Positions 12,776 through 24,018 of a stretch of 64,000 nt of DNA are shown here, one piece after another. Numbering within the stretch: position 1 is the stretch's first letter; each line of letters begins with the position of its first letter. A program made the translations under genes and the position numbers. Location of the stretch: positions 33,790,001 through 33,854,000 of the forward strand of contig CM119372.1 of the NCBI GenBank assembly GCA_051294905.1, given 5' to 3'. The notes under the pieces are model-generated. The model did not search any database, was not told the DNA's origin, and saw nothing but the letters and a program-made list of their open reading frames with translations. The stretch comes from Botryllus schlosseri. Lineage: Eukaryota.

Positions 12776-13453
12776 CATATCAGTGTTGGTCCACTACTGC
12801 CTTTTGCCGTCCTGTCTGCTGATATCGTGTCATAATTTGATCTACCGCGATCGTTAGTCATTACTGTTGTCTTATATGTAGGGTTAAGCACAACGATTCG
12901 ATGCCTCGAATCCCAATATAGAGTGTAAATTTTCACAATTCGACCAGTGTCGTGAGAATATGTGCTTTGGACTACCGGAATTCTTACATCCATGCCACTC
13001 AGTTATTTTCTAAACGAGAATTATCGTTTTAATATGTTTCCTCATCGAGGTAACCTCGAAATCTAGATTACATGTATACCATACCATTCAAAACATGTAG
13101 TATAAGGCGATACGCTACATGCAATCAGGCTCATTGCAATGACACCTTCACAATGTAGTTATCGAACTCCGGTATCGTTTCTGTATATCGTAATTAGGCT
13201 ACTATAAGCATCGCGAATTGTCACCGCAATAAACTGTGGGTTCAATCGCCCTATCTAGGAAATCGCTATTTAGGTTTGTGATTTAGTAGGAATTTACGGT
13301 GTTACTTATACTTCTACTTTACTAAAAACACTGACCATCTCTTGATAACCAATCATAGACTTGAATATATATTTAAACTCTATAGCTATGGATGCGATGC
13401 ATTGCTCCAACACCCATGAGTTTGAAGCAGGCTGTAGCACGGAGCACCCTTAC

Positions 13454-13596
13454 CTGCTTAGGTCCTTGAACGCTCCATCTTGGATGCTTCGGATTAGATT
13501 CGCACGTAAACTCACTCTCTCCAGTTCGTGGTAATCGATAAAGTCACGTGAGCGTATTGTGGCGATTTTGTTGTATTGCAAGTGTAGGACACGGAT
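13454..13596 (-). CDS. Internal coding exon of an extracellular leucine-rich-repeat protein (LRR1-2)
   Basis: Acceptor tctctccatgttcag|ATC and donor AGCAG|gtaag. 143 nt encoding IRVLHLQYNKIATIRSRDFIDYHELERVSLRANLIRSIQDGAFKDLS(R), two LxxLxLxxNxI repeats with a typical-class 'GAF' motif. Ends in phase 2, matching the exon at 7594. The exon could start further upstream because the ORF is open to 13770. Confidence 0.8.
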
Positions 13597-15060
13597 CTGA
13601 ACATGGAGAGACGTGTAGTTAGGCGTTGGATTTGTGAAATGCGGTAGAAAATCATCGAGGGGAAACAATGAAGGGAATTCAAATATCCAATGTGTGATGT
13701 AAATAGTGCAGATGACGCAACAATGAAAGCGTCGGGAATTGGGCCGGTGAAAAGGAGCCTGTCGTCTCATTAGGATATGCCAGTGGGTTTAAAAGTTGGG
13801 TAGCAAGGTACTGCTACTTTATTTGAATCATCTATCATCATGATTTTACAGTGTCCCATTCTGTAACGGTATCGACACATGCATATATTTGGACTGGGAC
13901 TTGAGAATGGACGGATTTGTAGCTTTCGTCGAGTACGAAAATAATAAGTCTCTTAAGTATATAGTTTCAACCGCAGTGATTATTTTGTACTCAAAACCAC
14001 GGAGTATACCCACATACCATACCCTGGCAATGAGCCAATCCCTCAGCACCAATATCGGGTTACATAATTAAGTCCTCATAACTAATTATGCGGTTACTCG
14101 CTACTCATTATCTTAATAATGGCACTGGGTATCGGGAACACCGGTATCGCTTGCGCGAGTCGAACGGGAGACTCGTCATTTTTAAACAGTATCAACGGCT
14201 GATAGAGAGACCGGCTACTGTCAATCAGCATACACTGTCTCGGTAGCTTTGTATACTGTGTAAATGGGTCATTGGTTACGCAAACGACCTTAGACTTGGT
14301 GAATATTAAAATACTGATCCTGGGAGAACATTTGGATGCTAGGCAAAATAAGTCCGCATATACAATATATACATCGTAACGATGCCATATAAAGTCACAA
14401 TTCCTTGAAACATATATTGAAGAGCAGAGGCGACTGACCCTCCCCTTGTACCATACGCCAATTATGATGTAGTAATCTGGGCATTCGCTCTAAAATATCT
14501 GTCAGCTGCTTTATGAATTATTACTACACGCCGTAGGTCGACAGCCATCGTACTTCTCGTGCCTCAGTGACTACATATCAGGTACCGTAAGTCAGAGGTC
14601 TCGGGTTCGATTTCCACAGGCTTTCTCCAAAGATCCCAGTCTCTAGTTAATGGGGGGAGGGGGGTTATTTTCCTCCGCGCGCCAAATGAGAAGTAGAAAA
14701 TACATTTGCGGGCCGAGTGAAATATTCTAGCTATATATTCCCGAGTGTATTTCAATTTTATTTCCAAATTACATTGTTTATAAATGCTGCCCAGTGAACG
14801 TGATGATGTTAGGTGATGAGAAAGGGACGAATAATTGAAAAATATATTATTTGCCGTCATGATTCGAAACAATATTAAACGTGATACAGTTTTAAATCTC
14901 TTTAAACCCCCATCAACGTTCTTCTATTAAGACTCTAAAACAGTGGTTCTCAAATTTTTTAAGCACGGCCACTTTTACGATAGTGAGAACTTTCGCGCGC
15001 CCCTTATCATGATATCACAAAATAGCTTTCAATACAATATCCATTGTATAATAATATTTA

Positions 15061-15101
15061 TTAACTCGAAGACTTTTCGGGTGCCTCTTTTCAAGAGTTA
15101 A
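15061..15101 (-). ncRNA. Second, identical hammerhead-like motif on the minus strand
   Basis: Exact reverse complement of 15474-15514 within the left arm. Confidence 0.65.
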
Positions 15102-15473
15102 CGGCACACTAAAGGGATTTAAACAGATTTAAAAGCAAAACGAAAAAGGCAAAGTATGACGCAACAATCAAAATCACAAACCATGAAATTCGCATTGTAC
15201 CAATGGCAACAATAACAAACTATGAAGTATACGGACATACGGTAATTTTCTCTATAACCTACAAATTTCCCATTAGTTCATGTGTTTCGTGTGTGTAACT
15301 GTTTATTTACGAATTGCGTTGCTACTATAGTACCGTATGTCCGTATACTTCATAGTTTGTTATTGTTGCCATTGATACAATGCGAATTTCATGGTTTGTG
15401 ATTTTGATTGTTGCGTCATACTTTGCCTTTTTGGTTTTGCTTTTAAATCTGTTTAAATCCCTTTAGTGTGCCG

Positions 15474-15514
15474 TTAACTCTTGAAAAGAGGCACCCGAAA
15501 AGTCTTCGAGTTAA
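15474..15514 (+). ncRNA. Putative minimal type I hammerhead ribozyme (U3-A8 variant)
   Basis: TTAACTC-TTGAAAA-GAGGCACCC-GAAA-AGTCT-TC-GAGTTAA. It has a 7-bp stem I, a core UUGAAAA with U3-A8 in place of C3-G8, a G-C-closed minimal stem II, GAAA and a near-palindromic stem III. Predicted cleavage is after C15507, with AATAAA at 15513-15518. Confidence 0.65.
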
Positions 15515-16309
15515 TAAATATTATTATACAATGGATATTGTATTGAAAGCTATATTCAAGTTCTGTACCACGAACCAGCTATTTATATCACAAAATATGA
15601 AAAAGCACAACCAGAATGCTAGCGATCCCAACGGATAGTTGGATGGCATGGGAGGTTATGAATGTTGATGAGAGAATTCTGAAATATGAAAGACGGACAA
15701 TACACAGAGCGACAACTTTAAGCTGGAGGTAAATCGCGCAAAGCGCGAGACAACATTCAATAACCTTCGGCTTCGCGCTCCCCTTCAACTGCTTTTACGC
15801 CCCCCAGTTCGAGAACCACTGCACTGAAATGCATATGCGATAGTACAAAGCTTAGGGTCTTGGTCGCTGCGCTCCGAGCCGTGTGCACTGTGCAAGTGCA
15901 GCTTAAATAGCCTTGATGTCGAGCGAAGCTTGCGTTTTCTTTTCAATTCATCCTCCCTTGACCGAGTGTTTCGTGTTGTTGTCATCAGACCGACTTTAAT
16001 TTATATCTTTAATCTCTGCGACATGCTTGGGAAAAACTAAAACGACGGGTTTACCCCTGACTCTTGTATACGAATATTTAGTGCTCTGAACATTCTTTGA
16101 ATTTCAGTTTTCGGCTTTCTTTTTTTGACATGCCCGTTCATTCTTTATGGGTGATAGCTATCATGAGTCATGTAGTAATAGAGAGCACTGATTGACTTGT
16201 TTTACGAATTAGGGATTTAGAAGCATATCACGTAACAATTTGAAACACATACCGTATAATGCGTACGGTAATATGATGAAGGCAACAAAAAAGTTTGAAC
16301 TAAACTATA

Positions 16310-16594
16310 TGGAAAGAGTGATTTCTTGTGACTTTAATTGCTACTCAAACTTTGCCACATTGCCCTTATTTTGAATCTGGATTACGCATTCGAGGTACGT
16401 AGGCAGCGCAATCGTGGCATATCAAAGAACAGGCTTCAAATAAAGGAATTTCCTGTTCATTTGATACAGCCTATATGGTTTTAGTCAATCAAAAAGCATG
16501 TTTTATGTTTTGAATTCCAAGCAACCTTTCGCGGGCGCACAGAATAGCTTCGCGGGCCGCATTTGGACCGCGGGCCTCACTTTGCCCAGGTCTG
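16310..16594. mobile_element. hAT element end (CAGACCTGGGCAAAG family), truncated
   Basis: Ends CTTTGCCCAGGTCTG and is reverse-complement colinear with 47887-~48160. Confidence 0.8.
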
Positions 16595-19500
16595 CTCTAG
16601 TTGGCAACAACGCCAGAGCGGTAGGGTGGCATCACGAAGGTCATGCCGCGATAAACGCCAGTCATATTGTCACTGATCATTCGAGTGCTGATTCGCGTTG
16701 GCAACTCGCGAGAAGCCAAAGTGACGCAGTCGCAGTGTCACGTCATTGGTGATCTGATAAGTATACAGTTGCATATTTTTAAGTGCTGGAGTAAGGAGTT
16801 GGGGTCAGAGTCTTCAAATTCGGTTTGAATCAGTCTTGCGTCAGAGTCACAATTGGTTTTCGCGAACCATCCGACACTTACCGGACCATTGTAGGGTTTG
16901 CGAGGAACTTTGGTTAGATTCGCATTGTGGCAATCCGCAATGTAGGCGTAGGTGTCACGAAAGCGTCTGAAGAAACAGCTCGATGCACAGTGCGACGATA
17001 CGATGAAAATACATACCTAGAATAGTAATCGTACATTTAAAAAAAGCGTCATTTCCAAACGTGCGCATCAGTCACTTTTCAACGGTATTGCAAAATTACT
17101 TCGCTATTGGTCATTATCAAAGATGAGTGAATAAAATATTTCAACTTTCCAGTTCCCGATTCTGATTCGAATCCAAAGTCAAATCAAAATCGAAATCTGT
17201 ATATTATTATGTCCAAATACATATCCGGTAAAGAATGGAGTTTTATTCAAAAATCGCTAAAATCCGGCCAAAAATCTTCGGATCCGTTTTTTGTTTTGTT
17301 GTTTTCGAACCCTAATTCAACTATACACTCATCTCTGGTCTATATCAGGGACGGAATTGGATTCAGAATTGCGAAATTCAAACCGTTTCCAGGATTACAG
17401 ATTCCGACATCATCCAACTAATCAATTCCTTCCATAAACTACCCAACAATGACTTGAAGTCGATCATAACTCGCTTGAAAAATCAAATTAAATTCCGAAA
17501 AAGGATCGGCAAAGCTCGTAATTCAACTCTATATCCGGACAAGATCTCTAAAACCGGCCTGTCCTAGTCATGATTTGGTATCACAGAGTCTGAGCAATGT
17601 ATACTTTTTGTTGTCGATAATCTCCTATCAAATACTATTTGAAATACTATCTGATTAATTCATTGCCCCAATCATATATTTACCAAGCGTTCTAGCTTGT
17701 AGTTACCGTCGAATGATTATATTCGAACAGATGAATATCAACATTACCGATATTAAATTTTTTTTCGTCATAGTGATAGAGATGTGCAATCTCTGAGCGA
17801 CAGTTTATACAACAAAACATTGGTTGGCGCTCAACAACTTCTTTACATTCGGAAAGCTGTGTATACACAAGGTACACATCGCCCTCCTATCTGCGTTATG
17901 TGCGGTCAATGCGGAGATAATGCGAGTGAAACAGCGGATTGCAAAATAATAACTGAACGGACTGAAGTTCAAGACTTGATGAAACAAAAAGTATACGTCA
18001 GCATTTGGAAGAAACTTAAGGCGGACTGTCTCGCCGTGTTGAACACTTACGCCGCGGGCCACGCGTTCGAGAACACTATCTATATAACTCATTAGCGGGA
18101 CGGTTCCTAATAATGAATTTATCCATTTACCAATCGAATGCATTGGTTTATGTTAAGATGATATAGTTGAGCGCAGCAGTTACATCATATTATTTGAGTA
18201 TTTATTTCGTTAGTCGGTTCGGGAGTTTCAATTTTTTAATACCTCCTCTGTGTGAACATATCACAATAACAAATTGAGCCAGTTGCGCTTTTAGGCGTTA
18301 TAGGTGAATCGAGACAAACTCAGTATTACGTAATCAATTGACCGTGATGTCACGGTTCAATTAGTAAAGACACCTAATTCACTCGTCGATCATCGTATCT
18401 TTCGACATGCAAGCTAGTGATAAAGGATTGTTGACGCCGTCTGATACAGATCAAGCGCAGCACACACAAAGTAACATGTTGGCTGTTGGCCAGCTTGTTT
18501 TCTATACTCCTCTTGGTATACCTATTCCGAACTCACCGTGAATATAGACTCTACGACAATAGTAAGTAAGCAAGGTCCCATGATAAAATTTGTTCACAAT
18601 GAGCCGGGCTTGATCCGAGTTCTAACTGACTCGTGTTCTAAAATCCATTTTGGTTGACGCACGCTCGCTATAAATGAGCGTTTACTATATCTGATAAAAA
18701 GAATGGAATATTAACCAACTTTCATCAATCTACTTCTCGACACTACCTAATTGAATAATTTTCCGATCTTTCTTTCTATAAATATATATTTTGAGGAATT
18801 GAGGATAAGTCGAAATTAGCTACTAGAAATTGGGTAGAAAAGTACGGCGCTGCTTTTGGTACTAAACTATCAACAATGAATTTTTGAGTAGCTGTTTATA
18901 ATGGCCACTGTACCAAATTAGCGTAGATTCGCTTCACCAGGTGGTTAAAGCCTATGCGTAGAATTAGGAGCCTAAATACACTGTAGTGAAGGCTATACTT
19001 TATCCCTAATCCATCTCAAAACGCACGTTATTGCGGGTTTCAGAGGATTGCGGTTTCTAGCCGGGACCATTAGAAGAAAACGTTTAGCTGTCCCATGAAC
19101 TAAATAAAGCTTATCGGATTTCCTTTCGGGCTACCCGCACCACATTACCACATTACCGAAAAGCAAAAAGGTGTTATAAAATCAACGACCGCAAAGGCGT
19201 GACTTTTGGATTTCGTAAATGCACCTCAACACGTAAGTCTGCTTATTTATATCCAACCATCCGTATTTGTACTAGTTTTGTTTGTTTGATTTTCATAGTG
19301 CTTCCACCTCTATGGCCAGACCATTATACGCCGGGCTGATACGCTTTTTTGCTAAATCACGAACTGCCAACTTACTACCAAAGTCACTTCCGCTGTAGGC
19401 TGTAGTAAGACAAGGCGTGGTCACTGGTCACTGGTCAGTGGTCACTTACTAGTGGTTTGGTTATACTACTGTACACATAGCCTTGTATTACAATATACGG

Positions 19501-22500
19501 GCCTATAAGGGAGATACCTGACTACATCGAAACTAGATTAACGGTTCATCAATCATTCTATCAACCAATAGTTTCTTACATGCAATGCTTTTACGATCTT
19601 TAATTTACCTACAGTCAAAGCACCGGCAGGCAGTAGCTGTCGACTTCTGGCCCTTCTGGACGTACATGACCCCGGGTTTGCGTCACCGCCTATTGGTTAA
19701 ACATTGTTCGAGTATACGGCGAAGGAATATAGCATTGATGCGTTGCGATAGCACAATCCCTAATGAGTGTTTGCGATTTAAAATTACAGTCGATTCCACC
19801 ACATAATTATTACCTTCATTAAAGGTTATATATGCAAAGCGAATTCGATCACTTAGACGCAAATGACAATAGGCATTTAAAACGAGTTATATTTCTATAA
19901 CATTCGAAATATGAAAAATATTTGCACCGAGCCTTATACCACCACGGCGAAGCATATTTTAGATGAATTCGGTCTAAAATTGTAGGGGCTAGAGAAAAAC
20001 ACAACGTTGGGTTTGGGTATATGATAGCTACACAGTACACACATACTGCTCGCGTCCAAGCATGTTACTTGAATTTACGATGGATGTAACGTCAAGATAT
20101 TTGGTGGAATAACAACACATGAAGAGTTGAGTTATGCTAGACAAGATTTTATTAGGCTCACTGATGTGAAGTGTCGAGAAATAGCTCCTGGAATATCGAA
20201 CGTGCGACACACAAAATGAGTTGCATCATAACCGGGGGCTTGAACATTTTAAAGGGAAATATATATTGCCTCTACTTCAATACTACACATGTTGACCGGC
20301 AGGATTTTTGTTCTCAAAGTTCAGTCTTATCGACGACGATCCTGCGAGGACTGGCCGATTCGAATCATTTACTACACGATTCAAATCAAACATCTCGAAT
20401 CGAATATGATTTTCGAATATAGAATTAGCAAGGGACTTTCAATTTGCTCTGCAGGAAAAGACGTTCTTACTGACAGCTTTCATAAAGCTTGGAAAGAATG
20501 GTGCATCCGGACTTGTGCAATATAATTATATGTGCACTGCAAGCACTCATTCAAAACACTACAATGGGGTTTTGATAATTCGAGTATTACTGAAATTTCA
20601 TTTACCAAGTTATTAGCGTTATTACAATTATTGACAAACAGTGAATAGAATCGATGTGAGCGTGGGTATTGGGCTGTACTTCGAATCGGCTACGATTCCA
20701 TTCTGATCCACCCCTTACTAGGACCGCATTGGTGGTGTGTATATACAGATTATACACACACAGTGGCGTAATCTCTCTCAGATTCGTGACGCAAGCGCCG
20801 CCAGAGATCGTCAGAAGAGGCCCTGCCGCGAGCATACATTACCGACCGCAAGATAAGGTAATTACCGACTTTTTAATCAAAACAAACCTCTGTACGTCCC
20901 CCTATGCTGTAGTTCCCAGGTGTACTATGCCGATCAATTGGCGATAGTTTCTCCAATCAGTCAAATCAGTCACTCATCAACACAACCTAAAAATGCTCAA
21001 GACTCAAGAGCTTAGTTCACTTCAAATTTTTTTTATGGACACTGACAAGTCATCTAGATGCCGGCTTCGTGTACTTGTGGAAATAAGTTCATCACACACG
21101 AAAACTATCTATGAACAAACGAAAATTTTGTTTGGTTACCGCTCATCGACAAAGATACAATTAGTCGCAATGAATCAGTTTTGAATATTTGACAACTACC
21201 TGCAGCATCTCTGGATTCAAGAGCAAACATAAAGTGGTAAAGTAAATAATAGCAGATGTCGAAGAGTGCGAAATCACAACAGTAGCAAACGATGCGACTA
21301 CCGCACGTACGTATTCACTTCACACACGTACGTACGTAGTCCGTAAAACACTCTTCAAATTTCGCGTTTGTCAGGCAGTTAACCACAACAGCATTTTCGG
21401 AACGGGTACAGATTATTCGGATAAATAAGTTGAGCTGTTTGAGATGCTCGGTTAAAAGTTCGGGAAACTTTTGGATCTACACTTTTCAGCTTTAGTTAAT
21501 CCAACCAAGAGCATTCATATTTTCATATCACTTAATCCACTCTACTCCATGCCATTTGGTTGATATAAGAGAACACCTGGCGTCAGTATCAGTTAGTAGC
21601 GACGAGCTTAAATTGAGTTGCTAGAAAGTCAAAACATACACAAACCATCATGAAATTGTCCTAAAGTCATACGCCATCGACACATGCATATTCCGATCAA
21701 TAGTCTGTTCACTTGTCCCTGCCGCGTTACAATGACGGCATTCTATCTATATTTCGAGGAGAAATTGAACAATCGGACCCCGGAATACGTTCAAAATATG
21801 AGACTATAGAAAGATTACCGATTTTCCCGTTCGCCCGTGGCAAATTCAACGCTAGAAGTCCGATCTCAACTAAAATACTCGAACAGGCGACTGTAAACAT
21901 GGCGCCTTGACGGCCCGCTCGTGCATGTCCCTCGTAATTCTCACATACCGCGATAATCGGCTTACCTCACCCTAATTCCATTGATAAAACATGAAATCAC
22001 TCTTTACTCGAAATGACTCAGTCGCGCTATAACACACACCTTTCTGCCTCGACGGCCGCACTCGTCTGAACGACATGCGTCGATCGTGAACTGTTTATAA
22101 ATACATGGCCGGCTACGACTCATTCACAAATTCGTTCGTTGACAAAGCATTCAGTGCGGTCATAGAATTAAGACTTATCCAACAGCAATAATACTGTGTT
22201 CCTTCTATTATTTTCAACACAGAGATGACATGTTGAAGTTCAGGTACACGCGACTGAAAGTTACTAATACTCTTTCACTGTGATGAATAACTTGCCTAAC
22301 CGCAAACGACCAAGATTTCTTTACTGAAGTCAAAATCTATGTGCCCTGTATATTATCGCATGTTGATTTATTTGCGGATATTTATTGCTGAAACTCGCGA
22401 ATTCACTCATACCGTCGGGAAGTTGTTGTCGGTTGAGTTGTAATCGGTGTCTATGCTGTCTAGTATCTCAGGATGAATGAGATTCGCGATCTATATATAG

Positions 22501-23149
22501 AGGAGTGTATCACAAAAGCTTTTGTCCAACAGAAATTTAGTGTTAGCTTTGCCATTACTGCACATTCTTAAACAGTTGTGATTAATATGCAGTCATCAAT
22601 AGTCATTCCCGCTTTGTGCGTTCAGAGTCGGCAAATATAATGATTAGGGTTTCATCTTGCTTTGTATGTATGAGGATAACCGTGCCTCTTTTGCCCCACG
22701 TAATTTAACAAATAGCTCCATATGGGTGGGTGTAAATAGTGCTTGACCACGCAACATGTTTCGTCCGTAATCGTGCTTTTTGCATAGCATTGCAAAGCAT
22801 TTGGGACGACTCTATACCGTTGAAAAAATCGGCCTTCTCCAAGTTTATACTCATGCGACACCCACTGGGCTTAATGAAAAGAACGGCTATAATTAAGGGA
22901 TATGTTTTTTCGTGTGCCGCCGACGAAGCGATGGGAAATTGAGGTAAACCGCTGTTTTTTCTAGCTGATCAAGACACGTGCCGCCTCTAAGAAAGGATGA
23001 TGTAGTAATAAATGGGAGTACTTTTGTGGTTAGTATCTTGTACGGGATTTCTTGCTGATCGCAGCATTCAGTACTAACCTGTAACTGATAAACAGTAAAC
23101 CTGCAATTGAGATCCATATAACGTAACTTTTCCCCTCATGTTCCTAAAG

Positions 23150-24018
23150 CAGTTGGTTCTCAAACTTTTTGTCCTTGTTTCAACCTTTTGAACCGTCACG
23201 TAACCCCGCGGACGCCCATAGGTTTCAGTTCGCATTTAGCCTCATTATCGTGCCGCAGTCATCAGTCTTATGCAAATATCATCTCTGGGCTAGTAACGAA
23301 CAACAACAAAAATGACTTCTATTGAAAATGACATATCTCCATATGTGGAAATTGAGTCGACTTTTACTATTTCAAAGCGAAATCTACATCTGCATTTATT
23401 GAAGTACGTGGTCACTGGTCAGTGATCATGTCTCGTAAATCCGCGCCCTCGATTTGATAGGAACGAGTGATGAAAATCCATTTCAACAAAGACAGGTGAG
23501 GACGAATGTAATTCAAACGCAAAACGCTTCCTACGACACCCCTGCATGGGTATGATTACAACATATATCGCACCAAGATACAGAAACAGATTTATTAGTG
23601 AACGTCCACTCGTCCAACCTAGCCGTTTCTATCTAGCAGCTCACCTTGAATTTATTCTGAAATATAGTAGTTATGCATATCACAGGAGAGACTATTCCGT
23701 GGCAAGGTTTCAATCCCTTGATTGGGAGAGATTCGAAAAATAACTTCATGAATTTCTATTTCACACAATTGTTCACTGATTTGCTAATACTGTTTTCCAA
23801 ACATCTCGAAATAACCCTAATTGACCTTGCTACCCAATGTTTTTTCCGAAAACCCAACGCAACATTCCAAAACAGGAAAATGTTTGTATCAGTAGGCTAT
23901 TTGGAGTTTGGTAATACAAATATACAAAAATGAAAATTTGGTTATCAATCATTTTGCTAATTTAAAAGTTTCACAGACCCTCGAAAATGCTTCTCGGACT
24001 CGCGCTTGAGAACCACTG
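23150..24018. mobile_element. Non-autonomous Buster/Charlie-like hAT element
   Basis: Ends CAGTTGGTTCTCAA / TTGAGAACCACTG, flanks TCCTAAAG / TCCTAAGG (7/8). Confidence 0.88.

Larger units (their letters stand above)
15025..15584. mobile_element. Foldback insertion: inverted pair of putative Penelope-like pseudo-LTRs
   Basis: Arms 15022-15244 and 15331-15553 (223 bp, mismatches only at 15142/15433 and 15200/15375), 86-bp spacer and a 31-bp unpaired 3' tail. Flanked by ATATCACAAAATA at 15012-15024 and 15585-15597, which is single-copy at 50258-50270. The structure is certain; the Penelope assignment is inferred. Confidence 0.75.
14941..15821. mobile_element. Buster-like hAT MITE (host of the foldback insertion)
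   Basis: TIR CAGTGGTTCTC / GAGAACCACTG, flanks CTCTAAAA / CACTGAAA (6/8). The uninterrupted paralogue is 50019-50340. Confidence 0.85.
14651..16040. repeat. Composite hAT relic, inverted paralogue of 49835-50626
   Basis: Colinear reverse-complement similarity to 49835-50626, including the same nested MITE at the same junction. Boundaries approximate. Confidence 0.8.

Noticed and set aside
14558-14620. tRNA-like segment with B box GGTTCGATTTCC
   Set aside because: There is no cloverleaf and no clear A box; at most it is a decayed SINE head.
18450-18561. Candidate plus-strand exon encoding a type II membrane anchor (IKRSTHKVTCWLLASLFSILLLVYLFRTHREYRLYDN) with AG and GTAAGT borders
   Set aside because: The acceptor is weak, there is no start codon or partner exon, and T-rich DNA often yields hydrophobic peptides by chance. 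A similar stretch at ~27265-27356 was rejected for the same reason.
21900-22130. Possible minus-strand 5' exon or promoter (GTAAG donor near 21965, AACATGGCG, TGACTCA)
   Set aside because: Such short motifs occur by chance and nothing links them to the LRR exons without transcript data.
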